Shown: positions 11,535-23,231 of the stretch, in pieces | How positions within the stretch are numbered: position 1 is the stretch's first letter | Layout of the letters: each line of letters opens with the position of its first letter | NCBI RefSeq assembly: GCF_006345805.1 | Contig: NC_043011.1 | Span: 37,460,464-37,524,463, forward strand | Reading direction: 5' to 3' | Length of the DNA stretch: 64,000 nt | From: Octopus sinensis | Lineage: Eukaryota | Position numbers and translations under genes: made by a program | The notes under the pieces: generated by a model | Seen by the model: the letters and a program-made list of their open reading frames with translations, nothing else | The model's database searches: none | Told to the model about the DNA's origin: nothing

Positions 11535-11737
11535 CCATATGATTTCAAAACAAAAGAGCGATCCATACTGGCAATGGGAATGCGTCTATTCGCCATGTTC
11601 ACTCATAAATTTTTTTTTAAATCGTAAGAAACCGCTGTAATGAGATAGCATTTATTCATTGTCTGATATTTTTTCTTTGCTATATCTACCTATGAACCTA
11701 TATATGTTTAACTGTCTATCTGTCTCTCTCTGTGTCT

Positions 11738-11791
<54 letters not shown>

Positions 11792-11892
11792 TATATATAT
11801 TATATATATATATATGTATGTATGTATATAATCAATAATAATAAAGGGTACAATTACTTAATTAATAGATAATTATTAATTTTTAATTGTTA

Positions 11893-12363
11893 ACTAGCAG
11901 TATAGCCCGGCGTTGCCCGGATTATAAACCGCTTTTGGCGTGTGCATCAAAAAACATTCTGCATTCGTTTGTTCAGTTTGGTCATTTTTGACTTTTTCGT
12001 TGTTGTCACTCACATTGCTGCCAGCTTTTTTGCCATTTTTGTACATTTTTATACATTTTAGGATACTTACCCCACGTGTTCCGAGAGTTAAAAAGGTCGA
12101 GTTGCGTCCCCTAGACAGTCTGTACAAAATGTGTTGCATATAAAAAGCTTAGATTCTCGAACCATGTCGAATTTATCGATTTTTTTTCAGAACTGGGGGA
12201 ACATTTCAAAATTTTCGCTGCGTTAGTTTTGAATTATGACATTGGGCTACGTGTGTGTCAAGTTTCATCAGAATCGGTTGAAAGCCGTGGTCAGGGTGAG
12301 GGTACAACCTGACAGACACACAGACACACAGACAGACAAACTGCCGTTTATATATAGAGAGAT
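11893..12363 (+). mobile_element. Non-autonomous Helentron/Helitron-associated (HINE/DINE-1-like) element
   Basis: 5' actag...cccggcgttgcccgg; subterminal aagtttcatcagaatcgg; (ACAG) repeats; 3' end tttatatatagagagat. This architecture is typical of DINE-1/Lep1-like elements. Confidence 0.65.
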
Positions 12364-12442
12364 AATTTTACCAAGTAGTTTCGGCATGTTAAAAGAACCA
12401 TTATCGGTAAACTTAAACAACATTTTAAAAAATAATCATGAA

Positions 12443-12750
12443 TATAATTATAATTAGGGTTCAGCAAAAAATTTGCTTCACAACATACCGAAAATTTAGA
12501 AATAGCAGCCAAACACTTAGCTATTTCCTCTACTGTAAGAGAATCTCCCAGATTATACACCAAAATGATTCACGACCCGTCGGACTTCCTAGATTATACC
12601 AAACACAGTGTCATCTAAACAATGCGTGATTTGAATCCCAGATCTGGGAGATTCTCTCATGGTAGAGAAATAGCTAGGTGTTTGGCTGCTATTTCTAAAT
12701 TTTCGGTATGTGGTAAGCAAATATTTTGCTGAAACCTAATTATAATTATA
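12443..12750. repeat. Foldback with about 110-bp arms (12443-12553 / 12642-12750); arms belong to a PLE-like family also present at 56325-56390 and 62836-62880
   Basis: ttcagcaaaaaatttgcttcacaacataccgaaaatttagaaatagcagccaaacac versus gtgtttggctgctatttctaaattttcggtatgtggtaagcaaatattttgctgaa. Confidence 0.85.
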
Positions 12751-13919
12751 GTCATAATTATAAAAAAATTGTTTTATATATATATATACGGAGAGAGAGG
12801 GAGAGGAACAGACAGAGACAGACAGAGAGGGGTAGAGAGACAGAGAGGGTAGAGAGAGAAATGGGTTGAGAGAAAGGGAGATGTGTGCATGCATTTTTGT
12901 GTGCTTTGTGTGTTTAGCTGCAAATATGGGGACCTTTCATTTGAGAAAGATATAATTGCTTTAGATTCAAAACCGTTTTAATCAGGGTTTATTTATTATC
13001 AGACATTAAGTGACAAATTTTCGCAGCCTATATTTCTGGAACGATAGTGGAATGAAGGACTTTTCGTGAGCTGAAATTTCCCAAGGCCAACTGCTTGGAA
13101 ATCTATTATGAATGAATGAGCACTGCTGCCTTAACTAACCCAAAATTCTCCAGTTAAGAAAAACTCATAAAAACCTGGCAATATATGTCAACAAAACCAA
13201 CTCATATATATTAAATATGCCAGGGATGGAAATCGACTTCAGAAAAATATAGGAAACATTCTCATAAAATGAGGAACAAATGCCGCAAATTGCTTGAATG
13301 AGAGAAAAATATCAGCGAGCAACATAATAGAAAAAACAAACAAACGGTAAATGAACACCTACACACTTAAGAATATCGCGAATAGAAAATGGTTATAAGA
13401 CATAATTCTTCCAGGAAAATAAGAAAGAATTAATTGAAACATGGTTATGAAATACAACGCATACAATCACTATCTGTTGCAAAATAAGTTCATTGTTAGT
13501 AAAAATTAGTACAATGCAGTGTCTGAGAGTATTCACTGAAATAGAAAAGAATTTGCAAGAGAATTTTAAATACACGAATGTGACGTAGACATGATAGAGA
13601 GGAAGAGATATTTTAACATAGCTTATTCTCGAAATTAAACTGGATTCTATTGCGTTCATTATGCACATATCACAGATTGTGAAATAATACACACACACAG
13701 GGGCATACATGTGTATAAACATAGATACATATATACAGAAGAAAGACGTCAAAATGGTAGATATACAGAAAAATGTATGTGAAAATCCTGGAAGGTCTAG
13801 ATTCTAATATTGGAATGTAAGTTATACGAAGAACCGAACTGAACGGCATCGCATAGTATTGAAAATTCCGTTTTTCTTGTCTAGAATAAGGGCCCAGTTC
13901 GGTGATACATTGGTTTAAA

Positions 13920-14225
13920 GGCCGGCGAGCTGGCAGAAAGATTAGTAAGCAAGGAAAATTGATTAGCGGTATTTCGTCTGTCTTTACGTTCTGAGTTCAA
14001 ATTACGCCGAGGTTGACTTTGCCTTTCATTCTTTCAGGGTCGATAAATTAAGTACAAATGACGCACTGGGGTCGATATAATCGACATAATCTGTTTTCTG
14101 TCCTTGTTTGTCTCCTTTATGTTTAGTCCCTTGTGGGCAGTAAAGAAATAAGAAACGTTAGCACGCCGGGCGAAATGCGTAGCCGTATTTCGTCTGCCGT
14201 TACGTTTTGAGTTCAAATTCCGCCA
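13920..14225 (+). mobile_element. SINE-1 full copy plus a partial second copy
   Basis: Head ggcgagctggcagaaagattag, core and tail A, then a second truncated unit. Confidence 0.85.
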
Positions 14226-14483
14226 AATTATATATATATATATGTAGCACGGAATTTTGTCAGTGAGGAGGATGCGGTCTCAAAGTGACGAAAATATTTT
14301 GGCAAATTAAATTTAAATGTTGAAGGGAATCTAACGTTTTTTGTGTGTTTTTAAATGGCTTATAAACACCTACGCTGCAATTGCTTTTGTTACAGCAAAC
14401 GATCTCAGTCCAGGTGATTTGCTATGCAAGTGTATCTCCGTAGACATATATATACAAATACATAGATGCATACATGTATGTCC

Positions 14484-14610
14484 CTTTCTGTAGAAGAGCG
14501 TAGGCTGGAAAAGTAAAAGACATTTTCTATTACTGAGCGTTATACTAATACATTTGTTTTTTTTGTACATCACCTGTCTTCGTCTTTTGTTTTTTTCGTA
14601 AACTCTCTAT
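14484..14610 (+). mobile_element. PLE-like module with a variant hammerhead-like motif (decayed copy)
   Basis: cttt-ctgtaga-a-gagc gtag gctg-gaaaa-gta-aaag; homologous to 25551-25680 and 50745-50880. Confidence 0.5.
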
Positions 14611-14613
14611 ACA

Positions 14614-14662
<49 letters not shown>

Positions 14663-14671
14663 CTTGCACAT

Positions 14672-15076
14672 AGGCGCAGGAGCGGCTGTGTGGTATGTAG
14701 TTTGCTTACCAACCACATGGTTCCGGGTTCAGTCCCACTGCGTGGCATCTTGGGCGAGTGTCTTCTGCTATAGCCTCAGGCCGACCAAAGCCTTGTGAGT
14801 GGATTTGGTAGACGGAAACTGAAAGAAACCCGTCGTATATATGTATATATATATGTGTGTGTACTTGTATGTTTGTGTGTATGTGTTTGTCCACCTAGCA
14901 TCGCTTGACAACCAATGCTGGTGTGTTTATGTCCCCGTCACTTAGCGGTTCGGCAAAATAGACCGATAGAATAAGTACTGGGCTTACAAAAGAATAGGTC
15001 CCGGGGTCGAGTTGCTCGTCTAAAGGCTCCAGCATGGCCGCAGTCAAATGACTGAAAGAAGTAAAAGAGTAAAAGA
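14672..15076 (+). mobile_element. SINE-2 full-length copy
   Basis: ggcgcaggagcggctgtgtggt...ccgggttcagtcccactgcg (A/B-box-like), internal microsatellite, tail ccagcatggccgcagtcaaatgactgaaag..(taaaagag)n. Confidence 0.9.
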
Positions 15077-15119
15077 GCATATATATGTACCTGTGTGCGT
15101 ATGCGTGTGCATGTGGATG

Positions 15120-15160
<41 letters not shown>

Positions 15161-15194
15161 TATATATATATATATATATATATATAGATATAGA

Positions 15195-15231
<37 letters not shown>

Positions 15232-15232
15232 T

Positions 15233-15298
<66 letters not shown>

Positions 15299-15319
15299 TG
15301 ATAGATAGATAGATAGATG

Positions 15320-15465
15320 CTGGCGAGGCTATGTGGTATGAAACTTGCTTCCCAGCTAGATAGTTCCGGGTTCGTGGCCTCTTTGTCAAGTGATTTCCGG
15401 CCGACGAAATCCTTGTGAGTGGATTTGGTAGGCGGAAAATGAAATAAACCTATAGTATATAAGTA

Positions 15466-15518
<53 letters not shown>

Positions 15519-15620
15519 GTCTGTGTTTGTCCCCCATCATCGCCGAACCATCGGTGTTCGTGAGTTTACGTCCCCGCAGTTGTGGCTGTATGGTAAGAAG
15601 CTTGCTTCCCAACCACATCA
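15320..15620 (+). mobile_element. Partial SINE-2 with internal (CA)(GA) tract, followed by a second head fragment
   Basis: ggctatgtggtatgaaacttgcttccc...ccttgtgagtggatttggtaggcggaaa. Confidence 0.75.
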
Positions 15621-16849
15621 TTTCGGAAAAATAATGTTCCGTTTATTGCTTTCAATAACGATTTCAATTTACAGTTCACATTTCCGTCGTCGAGAAAAGT
15701 ATAATCGCAATGTTTGTCTTCTAAATCAGTTTTAATGAATTAATAATTAATCTAAACAGGAAAATTTATTTTCTTAATGCCATCAGTACCATTTATTTCA
15801 TGTTGCCTGTGGTATTCTTTGCAATAGTCTCTGTCATTTGTTATAGACTCTATCATTTACTGTATCAAGCATTTTCATTTCCAAAAATTCAGGGTGGAAC
15901 AAATGTTTGGTAAAAGCGAAGATTGACAATTGAATAGAAGTGATTCCTCTCTCTGTAAACTCTGTTATTGTCAGAGGAAAAGGCAACAGGAATATCGCTT
16001 GACATCGCTGTTATTACAGGCGATTGTATTCGCTTACGAAATGTTAAAATAACATGCTTTGGAAAATGTTGCTTCTTTGAACGTGCTTTGAAAGAACCAT
16101 GTTGGAAGTTTGTTTAAAAGCATTTGAAATAATTTTGAAATTTCTCAAGTGTTCCAAGCATCTGAATTCTTTTAAATGCTTTCAAACACTTGAAAGCCTT
16201 CAAATGCTTGAATGATTTATAACCGTTTATATCGTTGAAATCTTGGAAGCCGATCTATCAACACATTATTTTGCATCGATATAATACTTATCGACTCGAA
16301 GACAAGCAAATGAAAGACTGACGACTGTGCAAAATGAACGAAGTGCAATGAAATCTGCAACAATTATATTAAGGCATTGTAAATGATGTTAACATGCCAG
16401 TTCACCTACTTATGCACAAATATCCTGATGCTTGTAAATATAGATTCGTACAAGGCTGTAAATAAGTGAATGCACGCGGCGAAAATGTAACAGAATACAG
16501 GTTTAGTCTAATTACAAATTAAATCGTTAATTATCCACTTCATTAATTAATCAATAAAATGTACTGTAATCTCTATAATTTTTTGGGTTAACATTTTATC
16601 GAGAATTGGTGGGCTGCCTAAAAACAAATAAATATCATATTCTTTAGTTCCTGTCGAAAATATACTATCAGAATGACTCGTAACAAGCTGTGAGCTGCAC
16701 ATCCTATAATTGATAATCAAAATTCAAAATTGTAAAATCACCAAAATACCAAATATTATATCTTTATGTTCAATTGTTCTTAAGACCATTTTACGCTATT
16801 TAGGAAATCTTAAACGTTTGTGAATGCTATTTTTAATCTTTTAATTCTT

Positions 16850-17240
16850 TAACTTGTTTCAGTCATTTCACTGCGGTCAGGCTGGAGCGCCGCCTTTAGT
16901 GGAACAAATCGACGCCCACGACTTATTCTTTGTAAGCCTAGTACTTATTCTATCAGTCTTTTGCCGAACCACTAAGGTACGGGGACGTAAACACACCAAT
17001 ATCGGTTGTCAGGTGATGGTAGGGAACAAACACAGGCACACAAATACACACACACGCACGCATGCACGCACACGCCCAAATATATATATACCACGGGTTT
17101 CTTTTCAGTTTCCGTTTACCAAATCCACTCACAAGGCTCTGGTAGGCCCGATGCTACAGTTAAAGTCACTTATTCAATGTGCCACGCAGTGGAACTGAAC
17201 CCGGAACCAAGTGGTTGGGAAGGAAGCTTCTTACCATGCA
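16850..17240 (-). mobile_element. SINE-2 copy
   Basis: Reverse complement of the family; head at about 17230, tail at about 16855. Confidence 0.85.
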
Positions 17241-17853
17241 CCCTCTCCTACCCATATTTTTCAAGAAAAATGTTAATAATCATTTCTGCTAAGGGCCTGA
17301 TGTTATGGAGAAGGGGTTAATCGATTACATCGACCCCAGTGCACAATTGGTACTTATTTCATCGACCCCGAAAGGATGAAGAGCAAAGTCGACTTCGGTG
17401 GACTATGCTGGAAACGGCCTCATGAGCGTATGGCCGAGTGATGATGATGAAGAAGAAGAAGAAGAAGAAGAAGAAGAAGAAGAAGAAGAAGAAGAAGAAG
17501 GAGAAGAAATTAGTCTGGTACAGGGTCAACATGAAAAGAAACAAATGGGCTGGTAATTAATCGATTAAATCGAATGCAATATCTAACTGGCCTTGTGTCA
17601 AAATTAGAAACCAATATATAACTGGTATATTAATTTACCGATTTGCAGATTGCCGCAGAAATGGAAAATTCAAGGAATTAAAAGATATTTTCATTCACAG
17701 TGTGGAGGCATGAAATGCTACCGATGGGCAAAAAACAATCATCTAGGTTTGAACATACAAATTATATGACAACGATGTTACAGGCAAAAGAATCGACACA
17801 TTAAGAAATTGAGGTTGAGATTAAGATTTTATGGAAACATGTAATTATATACG

Positions 17854-17960
17854 CACGAGGGTGTACTGAAAAGTTCCTGGCAATGGGCAACAGAAAATAC
17901 AGGAGCATCAGTTAATTATGGTTTTATTCAGAATATTACTCTCTCAGGCAGCGGCCCTTC
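17854..17960 (+). mobile_element. Mariner terminal inverted repeat and 5' end fragment
   Basis: cacgagggtgtactgaaaagttcctgg matches the termini of the MITE at 21028-21230. Confidence 0.5.
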
Positions 17961-18294
17961 AGTTTTTCTAAGCCCTCTAAGAAAAAAACTCGGAATATTT
18001 GGGCTTCCAACAAAGCCTTTCTCAGTAACCCTAAATTCAGGAAATTTTCATCACCCATTCGTATGTGTAAAAGGTTCAACCATGCAGATGTATATAGAAT
18101 AGGGAGAAATGTAATTCCCATAAAAGGGAAAAATCCCACAGAAAGACGGAAAAATTAAGTTTACTATGAAAGATGCTGTCTGTTAGATAGAACAGAAGGA
18201 AAATAACGGGAAATTATTTCAAAACAGCAAGGGTAGGAATGACAAGAACAATTACAAAGAAATTCATATTGGTTTCATATCAAGGCATACAGAC

Positions 18295-18470
18295 TGCAAT
18301 CGTGGGTAAATGGGTAAATCGGTTACTTCGAAAGTGAGTCACTGGTACTTACATCGATCCGTAAAGGATTAAATGTGAAGTTGAGTTTGGCAGAATTGGT
18401 ATTCAGAACGTACACCCGGACTAAATGAGGGTAGACATTTCGTCTGTTATCCGTCCAGCTCACCGCCTTC
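18295..18470 (-). mobile_element. Decayed SINE-1 (another fragment at 17315-17405)
   Basis: cactggtacttacatcgatccgtaaaggat...ccagctcaccgcc. Confidence 0.6.
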
Positions 18471-18721
18471 ATACATTAGTATTGAAGAAAATACAAATAT
18501 TCCATAATAATAATTTTGCACTGCTAAATTGGTAAATAAACCTAGGTGTCATTCTTTGACTAATAATTTTGACAAATAACATCATCATAATGAGACAATA
18601 GATAATAGTAATTTTATATGATTTACCATTTTACAATATAATAAATGCTTTTATGTATGTGTGTGCGCGTGTGTGTGTGCACGCGTGTATGAATGCTGCC
18701 TAAGTCATGGAAAAAATTCGA

Positions 18722-19303
18722 CCTCAACCGCTTGGACTACTGCTCCCAGCTATGATCACTCTACAGTTTAAAATTAACAGCGGACCTTGAAGCAATCCAG
18801 CGAAACTACACAAAGAACAGCTCCTGGGAAAGGCTGAAACAGCTAAGACTCTACTCCCCGGAGCGAAGGCAGGAGAGATATGCGGTAATACACATCTGGA
18901 AGATCCTGAAAGAAATTGAGCCAACTTTTGGCATTGAAAGCTACACAAATGCCTGAAAGTGTTGATAGTGCACAGTACCAAATTTTCCAATGCGCCCGTC
19001 GAGTTTCAGGACAAATTGCTGCAACAGCCACGGTTTCAAGGGTCTACCGCTTTTTAAAAGCCTCCCAAAGAGACTGAGTGGATGTAGGTGTTTTTAAAAC
19101 AAGATTAAATCTCTTCCTGTCGAGAGTTCCCAGTTGAACCTTCGTCATGGCAGACGGTGCAAATGAGGGCAGCGTCATCAAACTCCCTTATTCACCTAAT
19201 GGCACATATCAGGGGAAGCTCTCAATAATAAGTGTAGCAGAAAAGCGGTGCCCCAGAATGCCCACAGCTTTGAGACGAAACCGAAAAAAGAATAAAAGAA
19301 TAA
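18722..19303 (+). mobile_element. 5'-truncated CR1/L2-group LINE (ORF2 C-terminus + 3' tail)
   Basis: The plus frame with stops reads RLDYCSQL*SLYSLKLTADLEAIQRNYTK and SWERLKQLRLYSPERRQERYAVIHIWKIL, matching the CR1/L2 'LDYCS..W', 'ERL..L.LYSLERRR.R' signature. The tail is (AAAGAAT)n-like. Confidence 0.85.
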
Positions 19304-19362
19304 TATGTATGATAGTGTCTTTGTAACAAGAAACGAATGCACAATTTCGGCATATGTATACG

Positions 19363-19625
19363 GATACTTATGAACGCCTTGGTTTCAAGGCGTTATACAT
19401 TCACTTGTTGAGGAGAAGGAGACATGAATAGCGTTCATGTATAATGTAGGATTCTATTTATAAAAGTTTAAGAATGATTCTAACATACTTGAAACATTAA
19501 GTGTGAAAGACTACTGGAAAATTAAATTTTGCTCTTACTTAAGTAATTACAAAATTGTATATATATGTGCGTGTATGTATGTATGTATAGACAAACACAC
19601 TAACACGCACAACATAGTAGATGCA

Positions 19626-19658
<33 letters not shown>

Positions 19659-19775
19659 TATATACAGAGAGAGAGAGAGAGGGAGATGTATGTGTGTGTC
19701 TGTGTATGTATATATTGTACGTTCGTTCGAGGTTACAAATACATAATGACATACACACACACACACACGCACACA

Positions 19776-19842
<67 letters not shown>

Positions 19843-20900
19843 GTATGTATTCTTTTCATATATGTTTTTGCATGTATTCATAACCCCAAACGCACGCAGA
19901 CATGTGTGTATGTCTGTGCATGTGTGTGTGGGTGTGGGTGTGTTCGTGCGTGTTTGCATACATTAAAAGTAAAAATGAAATCAAACCGTATTATAATCTG
20001 TATTATCTGGCAGGCAACGAGCTGGCAGAAACGCCAGCACGCCGGGCGAAATAATTAGCGGTATTTCGTCTGCCGTTATGTTCTGAGTTCAATTTCCGCC
20101 GAGGTCGAATTTGCCTTTCATCCTTTCGGAGTCGATTAAATAAGTACCACTTACGCACTGGGGTCGATATAATCGACGTCATTCGTTTGTCTTTCCTTGT
20201 TTGTCTTCTCTGTGTTTAGCCCCTTGTGGTAGTAAGGAAATAGGTATGTCGTGTGTCTTTATGTTCTTATTTCAAATTCTACCAAGGTCGATTTCGCTTT
20301 TCATCCTTTCGTGGTCGAGAAATTAAGTACTTGTTGCGTGTTGGGGATCGATCTAATTGATTGTCCCCCTCCCCCAAAATTTCGGGCCTTGTGCCTAGAG
20401 TACAAAATAATCTCTATTATCTGACCGCATGTATCCGAAATGTTTTTTTAAGTAGGTTGATTTCATAGTATTCTTATCTCTTGTTCTTCCTCCAGCATAT
20501 CCGTATTCATATATAATTACATACACTTCGACCTGATTTTCATGCATTTTTGTATTCCTACTCTCCATAAAATTTTGTATTGTGTTTATAAAAACATTTA
20601 CAATACACGATATATTCACGTATATATATGCGTGCATATATTTCTGAGTATCGAAATGTGTAAATCTGTTAAAGGCGCAGTCGTATCCTGACAATTTTGT
20701 AAATACTTCAACATGAGCAAAATTTAAGTTTCCAGCAGTATTTCATACTTAATATTTCAAGTATCTTAGAATCATTCTTAAAATTTTATAAGTAGTATAT
20801 TGTGCAACGAGTATTACATTATACATGAACGCTATTCATGTCTCCTTCACCTCAACAGGTGAAGCTATAACGCCTTGAAGCCAACGCCTTGATAAGTATC
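19363..20900. repeat. Diverged inverted repeat of about 200 bp (19363-19558 / 20692-20900) enclosing microsatellites and a SINE-1 dimer
   Basis: ttcaaggcgttata..ttcac.tgttgagg.gaaggagacatgaatagcgttcatgtataatgta on the left is reverse-complemented at about 20813-20878. Confidence 0.8.
20010..20411 (+). mobile_element. SINE-1 dimer (tail A unit + headless tail B unit)
   Basis: Junction gaaatag|gtatgtcg at 20243/20244; the second unit ends cccccaaaatttcgggccttgtgcctagag. Confidence 0.85.
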
Positions 20901-21027
20901 TTTATATATTAACGTGTCATAGTAAACATGCATATAATGCGTATGTAAGAATGTTTGGGCAAATACAAAACAGTGTCGGATATAAAATGACGTACTTGTA
21001 TATTTGAATGTTTATATAATCATATAC

Positions 21028-21230
21028 ATGCGAAGTGTTAAAAGTTCCTGACTTCAAGAGAAATGGGAGATATCCCAAGTTCTTTTACAGGCTCTTAGAC
21101 ATACAGAACGACCGCTGCAATAAGTGTATCAGTCTAAGTGGAGACTATGTTGAACGAAATTAAACTTAACTGATCCTCCTGTATTTTTCTTTACCCCAAA
21201 CCAGGAACTTTTCTGCACAACTTACTCTGT
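21028..21230 (+). mobile_element. Internally deleted mariner (MITE-like) retaining the transposase C-terminus
   Basis: Inverted termini aaaagttcctg / caggaactttt. The internal sequence translates DRCNKCISLSGDYVE, the mariner C-terminal 'RW.KCI...G.Y.E' motif. Confidence 0.7.
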
Positions 21231-21234
21231 AGTA

Positions 21235-21450
21235 TGGCGTGCTGGCAGAATCGTTACTTCGCCGTGCATGATCATTCTGGACACTTCTAACACTTTTGCA
21301 TTCTTAGAGATCAAATTCCGACAAGTAAAATCGACATAGCGTTTCAGGCTTTCGGGATCGACACAAAGAGGTAGCAGTGGGAAACCGAAGTCGATGAAAT
21401 CGACGAATCCCATCTTCGAAATTGCTGGCCTTGTACCAAAATTTAAAAAA
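21235..21450 (+). mobile_element. Old diverged SINE-1 (tail B)
   Basis: gctggcagaatcgttac...ttcgggatcgac...gtcgatgaaatcgac...aaattgctggccttgtacc. Confidence 0.6.
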
Positions 21451-21605
21451 TTCCTGATTTTAACGGTATCGCAAAAATCCGGTTGTCGGTGCACTAACAC
21501 TTCTGCCACCTCGAAGCCTTAGTACATATTTCCGGCTGAAGCTTATGTAATGTAAGTAATCTACATATACATATATAAAATATATACACTTCTTATATAT
21601 ATATG

Positions 21606-21670
<65 letters not shown>

Positions 21671-21795
21671 TAGATTAGATTAGATATAAAACCACTATTA
21701 CGCAAATCATACAATGAAAAACTTAATACATAAGATTATTTAATTTATATATATAAAATATATAACAAAATTATTAAAAAATATAATTAATATAA

Positions 21796-21859
21796 CACTA
21801 CGATCGTTTCATGGCTGTTAATTTCTTTAAATTTTCGGGTTACAGTCATTCATCAGGTG
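21796..21859 (-). ncRNA. Type I hammerhead ribozyme (minimal, palindromic stem III)
   Basis: Minus strand: cac-CTGATGA-atgactgt[23 nt]acagccat-GAAAC-GATC-GTA-gtg. Confidence 0.8.
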
Positions 21860-21912
21860 GTTTAAATATTTAACTTGGCGAGGTTTAATCAATGAACTCC
21901 CTAATAATTTAT

Positions 21913-21979
<67 letters not shown>

Positions 21980-22565
21980 ATATATATATATACATACATA
22001 CATATATATGTACATGCATGTATATTATACATATATGTACATATGTATATATATATATACATATATATACACAGACATATAAATATACGTATATATCCAT
22101 GCCCACTAACATACACACACATATGTATATATACATACATATATGTACGTACCTACATCTACATGTATATATACATGCATATATGGGTACAGGACACCAA
22201 AAAAAACGTCGAACACAATGAGAAACGTAAACATAAACACAAAACCAAGGAAATGGACATTTTTCTTAAACAACGGAGTAGATGAAACCATGGCGACTGA
22301 AGAAGAGGAATTTTCCTTGTGTTATATGTCCTGTACTCTACTTTTTCGTTGTTTAAGAAAAATGTCCCATTCCTTGGCTTTGTGTTTCTGTTTTCGTTTC
22401 TCATTGTGTTCGACGTTGTTTTTGTGCCCTGTACCCATATATGCTTGTATATACACATGTATATGTAGGTACGTACATATATATATATGTATATATATAC
22501 ATATGTGTGTGCATGTTTGTGCGCACGGATATATACGCATATGTATATGTCTGTGTATATATATG

Positions 22566-22596
<31 letters not shown>

Positions 22597-22624
22597 GTAT
22601 GTATATTATGCATATATGTACATA

Positions 22625-22691
<67 letters not shown>

Positions 22692-22743
22692 TAAATTAGA
22701 GGCAATCATACAATGAAAAACTCGCCAAGATAAATATTTAAAC

Positions 22744-22807
22744 CACCTGATGAATGACTGTGACTTGAAAATTTAAAGAAATTAACAGCCATGAAACGAT
22801 CGTAGTG
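22744..22807 (+). ncRNA. Type I hammerhead ribozyme (minimal, palindromic stem III)
   Basis: cac(22744-46) CTGATGA(22747-53) atgactgt/acagccat stem II, GAAAC(22793-97) GATC GTA(22802-04) gtg. Confidence 0.8.
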
Positions 22808-23147
22808 ATATATCAATTATATATGTTTTATAATTTTGTTATATATTTAAATAATATAAATTAAATAATCTTATGTATTGGCTTAAGTTTTTCATTGTAT
22901 GATTTGCCTAATAGTGGTTTTGACTCTAATTTAATATAATATAATATTTGACTATAAAATTGGATTCAATCCTAAATCTGATTTTTCCCTGTGAGTTTTG
23001 ATTTATTCCCTAATATTTATTATTATATATATATATTATATAATATATATATATACATACATATATATATAAGAAGTGTATATATATTTATATATGTTTT
23101 TTTATGTATATATGCATACGTTTTATTTATTAATTTGTACATATATA

Positions 23148-23231
<84 letters not shown>

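Larger units (their letters stand above)
21670..23030. mobile_element. PLE-derived foldback of about 1.3 kb centred near 22310, with hammerhead-bearing pseudo-LTR arms
   Basis: Outer arms about 21670-21885 / 22720-22930. Inner arms 22176-22280 / 22338-22444. The intervening microsatellite-like sequence is also mirrored. Confidence 0.85.

Noticed and set aside
14672-14745. tRNA-like A/B boxes at SINE heads
   Set aside because: No complete cloverleaf or acceptor stem. These are SINE promoters, not tRNA genes.
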